NCBI GenBank assembly: GCA_051362555.1
Contig: CM120646.1
Location: 2,728,001-2,792,000, forward strand
DNA: 64,000 nt
Reading direction: 5' to 3'
Source of the DNA: Lingula anatina
Taxonomy: Eukaryota; Animalia; Brachiopoda
The translations under genes and the position numbers were made by a program. Below, one piece after another: positions 1 to 10,557 of this stretch; position 1 is the first letter of the stretch; each line of letters begins with the position of its first letter. The notes under the pieces are model-generated. The model saw nothing but the letters and a program-made list of their open reading frames with translations. It had not been told where the DNA came from and ran no database searches.

Positions 1-356
1 GCAGCCTCTGAGGGCCACTGGACACTGTCCGGCTGGGGTGACATCCCGGCACCATTCACCGCGTGGAGCGGAGGTACGTATTCACACCTCCCCATAACAT
101 AATATGCAAAGGTTGAGGGATAAAAATTGTTGGATCGGGGCCATTTTTATTTAATGCTTTTATATTTTGATTAAACTACCTAGTATAATTTCGATTCCCT
201 ATTTTTTTGGGTTATTCTTTGTATTCATAACACAAAGTCATTGGGAATATTGGTATGCTGTAGAAATGGCACGTGGTCGTAACCATGGGAACGGATAAAA
301 TCCCACGTGGCCACCGTTGTTTCGTCAGGGGACACCAAAATAAAGCACTTAAACAA

Positions 357-389
<33 letters not shown>

Positions 390-614
390 GGGGGGGGGGA
401 GATTTGCCACTCACATCGCGTAATGCCACGCGCTTTGCCAAATAAAATGACGTCACTGCATGCACGTGATACGCTTGCCCTTTCTCTTTTAGGTCAACCA
501 GACAATAACGGCGGCAATCAAGACTGCTCGAGATACTGGGCTGGCGGAACATTATGGGATGATACAGCGTGCACAGCAGTCTTTAACTTTATTTGTGAAG
601 GTGACGCGATATAA
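1..614 (+). CDS. C-type lectin domain protein, last two coding exons (<1-73, 493-614), 5' end outside window
   Basis: Phase-1 GT(74)..AG(492) splice gives ...EGHWTLSGWGDIPAPFTAWSGGQPDNNGGNQDCSRYWAGGTLWDDTACTAVFNFICEGDAI*, with CTLD hallmarks QPD, QDC, WDD and FICE. Confidence 0.85.
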
Positions 615-1176
615 GATAATTTTGATCTTATAAGACGAATAACGTAAACTATTTATAGCAGAGGGTCCCATTGGAGGGAAGGAGAGTGATCAAAATTCAC
701 GGGAAATAAAATCATCAAATCACAAATCACGGTGAATAAAACTTAATTCGTATCTCACAGCAGATGCGAGTCCGGCGAGTAATTATAACCATCGAGTAAA
801 ATGAATTCGTTGGGTCGAGGAATGTAAAGCGACATTAAACGTTTCACGCATCTCGGGGAATAAAAAGTGGCGTTCACAGGGAAGAAAAATACCCAACGGC
901 GAATGAATGCTGACAGGATAACAAAAAGAGAATAATGACACATCTGCCAGTATTTCAATTTTACTGTTATTCAAGCATTAAAACACATACAAGGTTTGTG
1001 GACCACTAAAGCATCGCCTGGTGTCCATAGAAAAACTACCGGGTAGACAAGATACTGAGACATACACACATACACTCAACATATCAACACGTTTTGTCGC
1101 TGATTACAGTTGGAGTTTTTTAAAATGAACGCAATTCTAAACAAAGAGCCATGTACAATATCTAAAACACGAAGAT

Positions 1177-1297
1177 CCCTAACGAAAAAGTCCTATAGGA
1201 TCCTATAAGATCCTATAGGATCCTATAAGATTTTGGGCCAATTTCCTATAGAATCCTATAGGATCTTATAGGATCCTATAGGACTTTTTCGTAAGGG
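1177..1297. mobile_element. Small palindromic MITE-like element built from ATCCTATAGG 10-mers
   Basis: Ends CCCTAACGAAAAAGTCCTATAGG and CCTATAGGACTTTTTCGTAAGGG are inverted repeats; internal 10-bp tandem units. Confidence 0.7.
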
Positions 1298-1591
1298 ATA
1301 TCACAGACGAAGAGTGTTAGACCGCAACCAAATCTAGAAAAAATGCCTCAAAAATATTTACAAGTAAACATCAACTCGTATTCCTTTTTCCAAACTGAAT
1401 AATTTATTTGAAACTGAACCTGAGAAAGCTACCTGGGTTTCATTAGTTTATTGAGAATCTACGGGATCACGTAACTGTTTTTCTATGCTCTTAATAAAAC
1501 GCAACTCATTTCAAATTAATAATAATACCAATAAACATTTAGTGAATACCCTGCAAAGATTTTTGCGTTTTGCTCTGTTCATCGGTCTCAG

Positions 1592-2633
1592 TTACTTTAT
1601 TCTCGAGAACGTAACGACTTCTCTCCCTGTTATACTTCCGGTTACATCATCCATCTGAAAAATTCCATAACTCCGTCCTTCTCCATAGATGTCGCTGTAC
1701 ACTCTCACTTCCGCTAGGTAAAGATGGCGGTCTGCCATGAAATTGGGACCTATGGTTTCGTAGTGAATCAACACCATGTCGTTGGTCCCATATTCAAGTC
1801 CAGTCTTAAAAGAAACGGGAATATGTCCGTGCTAACGATCTAAGATTTTTAAAAAGACTACGGTTTTACAAATATTATTAGTATTAAGAGTAATAAGTAT
1901 CAGAATCCACTCCAAAACGAAAATCTATCAGCATTCTTTTCTCTTGAAAGAATCGTTTCAGCGTCTGTAGTTAAGCGCTATTTACAAGTGGCTTGTAATC
2001 TGCACAAATATTCTAAAATAAATACCTGCTGCATATTTTAAAATGAAAAGTACTCTAGCATCAATACATGTACTATCTAATGCTATAATATGGTACTTAC
2101 CATAGACTGGTAATCCGCATACAAGAAATGCCCGCCAGCTGGCGCTGTCCCGTTATACCTGGGGCTGTTGATCTCAACGTCCTCCAAGATCTCCAGCGTC
2201 CATCCGTAGTCGTAGAGGGCAGCACGTGTATAAAACCTGCTTACACAGCCGTCAGATTCTGCGATGAAATGATTGATATAGGAAACGTCACTGATAGCCA
2301 CCATTCGGGGGAAAATCCCTCTGTTAATAGTTCTGGAGGGAAATGAGCATCTTGTTTAAGCGCCCACATGTTAGTTTAAGATAAAGAATACCAACTGCAC
2401 TGTGTGATAGGTACATATTACAGTAGTGTATGATTGATATTTTACCCATCATAATCCTGTATTTAGTTTCTGTGCTCAAGCAAAACGGGTGGAAGAGCAG
2501 CTTGTCGCCTTCTAGATGCACTCTGCCGTCCAGTAAATCCTCGTCACGGACGCTGGACATATCAAAGCCATATCCTGCGAAATACTGGACAGCTCTCCGG
2601 CCTTCTTCTATGATGCTTTGGTTGCTATAAAGA

Positions 2634-2704
<71 letters not shown>

Positions 2705-3430
2705 AAAGTAGAATGCACTCTGAAGGCAAATAAATGTATCTCCGCCAAAGCAGCTCAAATCTCATTTTATTTAATTAATAATAAATTTATTTGATAGCCA
2801 TTAAAATTTAATTCGATTCAGACATATCCTGATTTTTTATCAAAATCCGCTCATAACGCTTTGGGTTAATCTGTCAATTTGCAAATTTGCAAACAAAAGA
2901 ATGCAGAATCATAACTTCCTTGGCGAAGGCAGTAATTCACACGCACATGTTAACTTACGTAACTCGTCCAGCGCATCTCTGGTGGTGTAAAAACTGATCC
3001 AGATCCTGGATGAAACCCTTAAATACTCCATCCATGATGAAAGTAAATGTGTGGCTGTATACATCAAGTTCTGGTCCATCAATTCTACACTGATAAGTGT
3101 AGGGATACCAGTGGCCCCAATAACTTCTCACGGACTGGACATTTAATACTGTCAAAGCATACACCAATAATATGATCCTAGAATAATAAAACAACGTATT
3201 TAAAAAAATATCTGCGCATTGAACACTGCCTATTTTCTCTCATTAGCATCACAGCTTGACAATCAGATTGCATTAGCTTGATATTTTCTCCTTCACAGTC
3301 CCCTACCGACCTTTTATGGCATTTATACATTTTTCAATCTGATGCATTTGGTGTTAAAAAGGCAAACATTATCTAACCTACATTAATATAATATAATGTA
3401 AAATATAGTATAACATACTTACTTCGACAT
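1592..3430 (-). CDS. Uncharacterised secreted protein, about 258 aa, 5 exons (3430-3423, 3177-2959, 2624-2446, 2258-2101, 1804-1592)
   Basis: All junctions GT-AG and phase-consistent (777 nt total); N-terminal signal-like MSKIILLVYALTVLNVQSVRS; last exon has diverged paralogous copies downstream of each TRIM gene. Confidence 0.75.
2703..2935. mobile_element. Short non-autonomous repeat, Helentron/HINE-like, next to a (TA)n tract at 2638-2702
   Basis: Sub-terminal inverted motif CTCCGCCAAAG (about 2739) and CTTGGCGAAG (about 2919); class assignment from recalled structure only. Confidence 0.35.
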
Positions 3431-4521
3431 TTCACCTCCAGGCAACAAGCGTCTAGACGATTTTCAATTGTCCTTACGACTGCCCCTTTATGAAGTGACA
3501 TTTCTCATGTTGGACCACTTTTTAACACATTCGCTTCAAACGCGTTTAAGTGCCATTTGTGAGAATTAAATACCTGTGGATCTGTAGTGCATAGGCCGTT
3601 AAAGCAGTCCTCCTCTCCCATTTGGCAAGGACTTAAAAGTCTATAAAATGGACTTGTTCTTTTAAATCACCTATTACGCTGCATTAGTTCATGTGGATAT
3701 AGAATGTACGTTAATTGACAGAAGAGTTTTCTGTAGAAATGTAGGATTCCAATGTAATGCTCAAGTTTCATAAACAAGTACGAGTTCACCAATACTGTAG
3801 TACCGATGCACACAACTCACCCTCACCACAACTCCCATTGTCACCCCACCCCAATCCCACCCCCATCGCACACACAATAGAAATACTGAAGAAGCGAGCT
3901 GCCTTCTTTACAGACCGATAGGTGGGGCAAATGTTCCTCAAGTTGTTAAATGTTAATGTGGACATGTTAGGAATCATAAACATGGCGCAGTTTCGACGTT
4001 TTTCCCGGATAAATGGGTGGTTCGTTCGAACCCCCCCCCTCCCCTCTCTCCCTCCACCTATGGCTACGGGCCTGCTATCTAGGGGCCACTAATGCTCTTC
4101 GCCCTCAGAAAAACAGAATAATATGAGTTTTTATCAAAACCCCTTCATACATGTATCACCAAGAGCATCATTCATATAAATAATGAAATACTTTTGCTCG
4201 CCGCGTTTTGTCGATGTCAGTTTGAGGTTTTAGTGACTCTACTAAATCAAAGGAAAAGTCAGAAAAAAAAGAGAAGACAGTCACCCTTGAGGTCGCAGGC
4301 CTTAATCAAACAGAAAACGCATTAAGACATTTACAAGTAAAGCTCACGCCTCGTTTCCTTTTCTAAGGCAACAGATTGCATTCGCGAAAAATTTGAAAAG
4401 TTTTCTTGCGTTACTACATTAAAAATCAACATGTACCGTTGGTGTCACTTTTTATTTATTTTTTTTTAATCAAAATCCATTCACTTAAAATGAACAATAA
4501 TACCATTTGGCTAATGTCTTG

Positions 4522-4791
4522 TCAAAGCACATATATTTTCGACGTGATATTTACATGTTGTTGTGACCATCGTAGTAAGTTACAATCTTTGGAGAATGTA
4601 ACGACTTCTCCCCCTATAATTTTCCCGGTTACGTCATCATTAACAAAGATTCCATAACTCCGTCCTTCTCCATAGATGTCGCTGTACACTATCAGTTCTG
4701 TTATGTAAAAATTGCGGTCTGTTAAACGTTTGGGGCCTATGGTTTCGAAGTGTATCAGCACCATATTGCTGGAACCATATTTAAACCCAGT
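4522..4791 (-). pseudogene. Orphan paralogue of the terminal exon of the secreted-protein gene (copy 1; open frame, acceptor intact)
   Basis: TGFKYGSSNMVLIHFETIGP...YSDIYGEGRSYGIF aligns with exon 1804-1592; TTCTTCAG acceptor; no upstream exons before TRIM1. Confidence 0.7.
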
Positions 4792-5023
4792 CTGAAGAAG
4801 AATCATTGTCTTTCGTGCTAATAATCTCTAACCTAAGACTGCGTTTCCATAAACCCATCGCACTAACTGGAACGATCTAAGTCTGCGGATGCTCTCGCTT
4901 AGCGCTTTCAGTGTAATCAGCTTAATTGTCTATCACGTCTCCCTTTGAGTAACGAGAGTCTAGTTGACTCTCGTCATTAGTGACATTACCCCCTAGAAGC
5001 TTGAGTAGTATAAGACAAATCAT

Positions 5024-7216
5024 TTATGTTTTATCTATGTACTGATACGCGATTATTTTACTTAGGTTAGTTCCAAGAACAAGCTCCCCGCTATCGCTGA
5101 TATCGACTGAAACAGGAACTTCTATGTCATCATTCCTTGTCAGAATATTATGCAGAAATTTTCCGTCTGAACCAAGGACAACCACTCTGTGGTTATTACG
5201 GTCAGCTATGTATATGTGACCCAACTTATCTATGCACACTCCTCGTGGAAAACTCAGCTGTCCGTATCCACTTCCACTGTGACCTCGTACTCCGTATTGG
5301 AACATGACGTCACCCTGAGGTGTCACTGCATACACACAGTGGGTACTGTTGTCGCTGACAATGATTGCATTGATGATGTGGTGGTATGCACAGCGCAGTG
5401 AAACTTTACTGCACATGGGGATAGCAATTTTGTTGACTAGTTGAAAAGATTTCGTGTCAAACACACAGATGCACTGTGCACCACCATCACACACGTACAC
5501 CTTACCTTCTGTACGGTCAACAGTGACACCCCAGGGTTCTGACATATCACCCTGACCAAAATATCGGATGGCCTGACCTGATGTTAAATACAGTCTACAG
5601 CATTTATCTCCACATGTGACCACGAATCTATCGTTACTGACAGTAGAGATACACCTCACCCCTCCCTCTATACTGATCTCACGATTATACCGACTTGCGT
5701 TGGAGAATATGGACACTGAATCACCTTGGACAACTAAAACGCAACCGTCAGCTGTGCATTGAATATCCCAAAGCCAACCCTTGACATTAAAACAACGTAT
5801 TCGTTTTGGCGTTTTTAACAACGCTACTCTCTGAAATTGTCGCAATTCAGGACAGTACGATCTCTCTTGTTCCAAACATCCGAAATATGCATCCAAAGGG
5901 CCACCATATGTCTTTGCCGTGATGGGCCCAGTTTTGATGGACAGCTGTGGTTCAAGAATTTTAGGACATTGTAGGGCAAGGTCCATTTTTGTTTTCCCTG
6001 GTGTAAATTTTATGTCGGTGATCTTGGTATCAAAGACTGGTTCTACTGTCTGTAAGTCTTTAATTCTAGCTTGGATTTTTTTAGAGTGTGTCATGACCTC
6101 GATATCAGAACCGGTGTCTATGAGATGCTGAGCGAAATCACGAATACTCTGGATGGAAATTTTGAGCATTTCTTGCTTGTCCTTTTCAGCCTCTAAAGTC
6201 TTCACCTGAGCAGAGGTGAGTGCCTTAACTTCTTCCGATACTATGTTGCTTTTATTATCGATAAATCTTCTCATTTTGATATAATTGGATTTCACCTTTA
6301 TCCGATACAATTCCAAATGACGCTTGACATTGGTCAAATACGCGTCCGTTTGTTTACGAACGTCTTGTTCTATTTGCCGGTAACAATCGTTCAGTTCCCT
6401 CTCAACAGTTTTACTGTTATCATGTATTTCCTGCGTCATAGTAACTCTTTGAGAATCCACCAAACGAAGAACCCTCGTCTGGTTTTTTGCCAGCTTCGCT
6501 TCCACTCGTGCAATGGCCTTTTTAGCCTTTTCCAAACGAGACAGTTTTTCAGTTGGGAGACATTTTAGCCTGTCTGCTATAAGACCACGTTGAACTATCA
6601 CTTCATCTCGTAGTTTTTTGAACTGGTGTTTGCTGTGGGTTTCTACGATGCATTCCCTGCATATGACAGTGTCATCGTTTTGACAATAGAATGCTAACGG
6701 TTCTCCGGCGTGCTTGTCGCAGAACTGAGGTTTATCAAAAACGTTGCGTAACTGTTCTTGCACGTTAGCTTGATCAGCTGAGAAGTCGACTTGTGACAGA
6801 AGCACAAAGTTGTGTCCATTTAAGGCCGGGATGTTGTCGTGCAATTCACGACATGTAACACACAGTTGGTTGGTCTTGGGACATCCTTGGCACAACATAG
6901 TGGCCTCTTTATGCTTACAATAATCACAAAGTCTCCCCTCGGGCGCTTTTTGGTCTTCCATGAAGTCTTTAACGTTTATTAAGAAGAGGTTTTTCACGAG
7001 AGTTGCTAATCCGCCTGGTGGTACGGGAGCGTCCTGGCGACACACAGGACAGGAGAACTTGTTCTGCATTCCATTTTTGGCTGCATGGTCAGCAATACAA
7101 TCCAGGCAGAACGTGTGGTAACAGGGGAGCACTCTCGGGTCTCTATATTCCTCCAGACATATATGGCACGTTAAAAAATTCTCTCTGAAGACGTTGTAGA
7201 GCTCTTTGGATGCCAT
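5024..7216 (-). CDS. Intronless TRIM-NHL E3 ubiquitin ligase, copy 1 (730 aa)
   Basis: C3HC4 RING (CHICLEEY..LPCYHTFCLDC..CPVC), B-box1, B-box2 (CDKH..FYCQNDDTVICREC..HSKH), coiled coil, NHL repeats (PWGVTVD, FPRGVCID..IYIADRNNHRV); ATG of MASKELY at 7216. Confidence 0.93.
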   Translation of the reverse strand: MASKELYNVFRENFLTCHICLEEYRDPRVLPCYHTFCLDCIADHAAKNGMQNKFSCPVCRQDAPVPPGGLATLVKNLFLINVKDFMEDQKAPEGRLCDYCKHKEATMLCQGCPKTNQLCVTCRELHDNIPALNGHNFVLLSQVDFSADQANVQEQLRNVFDKPQFCDKHAGEPLAFYCQNDDTVICRECIVETHSKHQFKKLRDEVIVQRGLIADRLKCLPTEKLSRLEKAKKAIARVEAKLAKNQTRVLRLVDSQRVTMTQEIHDNSKTVERELNDCYRQIEQDVRKQTDAYLTNVKRHLELYRIKVKSNYIKMRRFIDNKSNIVSEEVKALTSAQVKTLEAEKDKQEMLKISIQSIRDFAQHLIDTGSDIEVMTHSKKIQARIKDLQTVEPVFDTKITDIKFTPGKTKMDLALQCPKILEPQLSIKTGPITAKTYGGPLDAYFGCLEQERSYCPELRQFQRVALLKTPKRIRCFNVKGWLWDIQCTADGCVLVVQGDSVSIFSNASRYNREISIEGGVRCISTVSNDRFVVTCGDKCCRLYLTSGQAIRYFGQGDMSEPWGVTVDRTEGKVYVCDGGAQCICVFDTKSFQLVNKIAIPMCSKVSLRCAYHHIINAIIVSDNSTHCVYAVTPQGDVMFQYGVRGHSGSGYGQLSFPRGVCIDKLGHIYIADRNNHRVVVLGSDGKFLHNILTRNDDIEVPVSVDISDSGELVLGTNLSKIIAYQYIDKT

Positions 7217-8232
7217 ATTTGTGATAAAACTGGCCAGAGTAGGCAAGGTGCCTCCCTAAAAGCTGGCCGCCCAATTTTCTCGTCTCAAAGGAAGTTGTGT
7301 GCGCTTACATATCGTACAGTAGGTTATCTACAGTATCACCTACCTCAAAATTGTTAACCTATCAAGTAGGAAATGTTGACACTAACTAAGACGGTATCCA
7401 AGCCTAGCCTGTATTTGCTGAATGCTTGACATTTGAGTAATAGACGGTTTTTTAAAGAGAAAGCACGAGAATCTCCCCGCCATTTACACGATTTTTTTTT
7501 TTTTTTTGTCGACTTTAAAGTGTCCAGGAAATGATATATGTCGCTCACGTAAGGTACAAAAATTATAACGCTCTTTAAGTGAATTCTAATGTGAATGTTA
7601 TGTTGTTTTATCATCCGACGATCTTTTTTTTATTTCTTTCAGTTAGTTTGGTTCTTCACTTCATAACTGTAGCTCGCAGGGGCCACAGAAAAACGAGGCA
7701 AATGACAACTGGCATATTCCTTTACTTGAGCTTTATTTTCAAATATTCTCAGGTTGAAACAGCCGTGTAACTAAAACAAAAAAAAATACAATTGTCACTT
7801 ATTTGTCTAGCTGCTATCACCAATTATTTCTCACATAACATCTGAGTTTATAATACAAATTACAAATTAAATACATTTAGCAACCAGGTTATTAATTAAT
7901 AAATTATATAATATAAACAAAGCAATACTGATAAAATACATTATGTACAAAATTGGCATAAACATCTTACCATTATGCCTCTACTGGGTAAACATGAAAT
8001 TGCCACTGCATTTCTACACCTCTGCACTCCTCTGCAGCACACACCTAACTGACCCACACTCTCCTGGGTGTGACAACTAGGACTATTCACTTATGCTAAT
8101 GGAGTCCTTTTATTAAAGGAATGTGATAGATGTGCTTGCTCAGCATATCTGATGCAATAAACCATAAACAAAGTTTGATACAATCATTTTGTTCTTACAA
8201 TATCAATTGTTCGACATTAATATTACAGTCGG

Positions 8233-8272
<40 letters not shown>

Positions 8273-8551
8273 ATTTCTGCGTTTAAAATAATCAATACAG
8301 AACAGTGCCTTCTACCCGTGTGGAAGCAAACTGGCACACACACACACACACACACGGTTCTTGGCAGTCACCCTTCCACAAGTAATACAGGCATTTACTT
8401 TTACAAACAAAAAGGCAACATAACATATTTAATGTGTGTCCACTACCACCAGTACCATTAAGAAAGAAAGTTCCAAAAGACAAACTTACAGAACGGATTT
8501 GACCAATTTTCAAAAAATCTTTTTCAAAACGGTTGAGGTATAAAATTAACA

Positions 8552-8815
8552 TGCAGGCCTTGCGGTTAGAGTGTCCGCCTCCGGAGCGGGAGGACGTGGG
8601 TTCAAACACGTCCGGGGTCATACCAGTCCTTTATTAACGGTATTTGTTGTCTCTCCGCTTGGCACTCAGCAGTAAGGGTGTGCAGGGTATGGTTTGGCAG
8701 TGGAAAATGGTACGTTTGCTAGCTCTGAGCGCCTAATACGGCAGCCGGGCTGTATCCTCCCCAGGGAGGCGAGAGCGACAATCTTAAGTGTGCAACAGGG
8801 CCAAAATGACCATGC
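8552..8815 (+). mobile_element. tRNA-derived SINE (Meta-domain-like)
   Basis: tRNA-like head with B box GGTTCAAAC, then GGTCATACC...CTCCGCTTGGCACTCAGCAGTAAGGG core; absent from the homologous sites in units 2 and 3 (about 16397, 21620). Confidence 0.7.
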
Positions 8816-9085
8816 TTCTTTGACTTAAATGAATTTGATTTAAAAAAATAAAATGAAATAAAAAATATGGATATTTATAACTTCAACCTTCGGGTTGCAA
8901 TATTTCAATAAAGATTATTATATTATTATAGTATTTACTGTTTTCCTAACTATGTTGCCAACGTTAGTCACGCCATTTACCATCATTGCTAATATTGCAA
9001 CAAAAAAAAAAAAGAAAAAAACACCAGAAACATATTGATATCAAAATGTTGTGAAATGTACGCATTACGTTGTGAAATGTACGCA

Positions 9086-9881
9086 TTATGTATGTTCATA
9101 ATGGTGCAAACACCGACAATTAGCTGCCAAGGGAAAGTAACGGGAGGCGTCGAAACGGAACGCGTTGCCGTGCTGCTTTTCATGGGTATGCTGTAAGTTG
9201 CGCACATCCAGTTGGACACTGTGAGGTTTTTCGTTAAGAGACCTCGTTAATTGAATATTTGCTGTATTTACATATAGATTTTCTTTATGCACCGTAATTG
9301 GGTTTTGGCCACCAGATAGCTGAGCTCTTGCTATCGCTCAAGCATTTGTTGTCAGATATATTCATGCCCCTATGCTCACTCTTTGCATTGTTGTAATGAT
9401 ATCTATTTTCAAAATCAGTGATTTGTTGAGATCCGGTGGTGCCTGAATGTAAACCGTGTGAATATGGGTCGTCTCGAAGATTGTTTTCGGGCAAGTGGAT
9501 CTGACTGACACCGTTTGAACCACGATTCACCTGCGTTGTCGGATTACAGTTTTTTGTCATTTTGCTTTGGTGGATACTCTTCTTCATAGCCGGGCCGTAC
9601 TTCATTTGCGCTTTGTGAACTGCCCATCGCAGAGAACGTTCTACACTTCTCGCCTTTTCTCCAACCCACGAGATAAGGCGTGAACCCAACGTTGTTTTCT
9701 CTAGCAACGCATTGGTTTTGTAGATTACAAAAGGAACTGGGAATGTGAGCAATGCGAATAACCAGAACAAAGTCAAGTATGAGACGACCAAAAGTGCTGC
9801 AATAATGCCAAAGACATGTCTACCCTCATAGGTGGTGGATGATGCTTTTGCCAAAGGCCCCCATATCACCAAATACACCAT
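9086..9881 (-). pseudogene. Partial, frameshifted duplicate of the chitinase TM/cytoplasmic-tail exon (copy 1)
   Basis: [43 protein letters not shown] matches 21953-22957; ENLYVNT part lies in another frame; no GH18 exons upstream. Confidence 0.75.
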
Positions 9882-10064
9882 TCAATGATTTGTGGAATAC
9901 TTTTATCATGCCTTCACCATTCGCGAATAACCGGAAAAGTCTTCTTTCGTTATAACATTAAAAATCAACATGTACTGTTGGTGTCGCTGTTTTTATTTAT
10001 TTTTAATAAAAATCCATTCACTTCAAATCAACAATAATACCATTAAGCATTTGGTGAATGTTTA

Positions 10065-10333
10065 ACCAAAGGACATATATTTTCCATATGATATTTATAT
10101 CTTGTTGTGACCATCGTATTAAGTTACAGTCTTTCGAGAATATAACGACTTCCCTGGGATTTTCCTGGTTACGTCGTCAATAACAAAGATTCCTTAACTC
10201 CGTCCTTCTCCATAGATGTCGCTGTACACTATCAGTTCTGTTATGTAAAAATTGCGGTCTGTTAAAAGTTTGGGGTCTATGGTTTCGTAGTGTATCAGCA
10301 CCATATTGTTGGGACCATATATTTAAGCCCTGT
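10065..10333 (-). pseudogene. Orphan terminal-exon copy 2 of the secreted-protein family (frameshifted)
   Basis: Near-identical to 4522-4791 but with a 2-bp insertion near 10320 and a deletion near 10152. Confidence 0.7.
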
Positions 10334-10557
10334 CTAAAGAAGAATCATTGTCTTTCGTGCTAAGTATCTTTAATCTAAGACTGCGTTTCCCTAAACCCAT
10401 CGTACTAGCTGGATCGATCTAACTCTGCGGGGGTTCTCACTAAAGTACTTTCAGTGTAATCAGTTTAATTGTCTGGCACACCCCCTCGAGTAACTATAGA
10501 GAGTAACTGACTATCGTCAACACCTCCTAACAGCTTGGGTAGTATAAGCTAAATCAT

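Noticed and set aside
5189-7188. Plus-strand ORFs repeated over each TRIM copy
   Set aside because: Antisense shadows of the TRIM coding sequence; recurrence is explained by the duplication
7940-8170. Possible LINE 3' fragment private to unit 1
   Set aside because: No coding motif or TSD I can verify by eye
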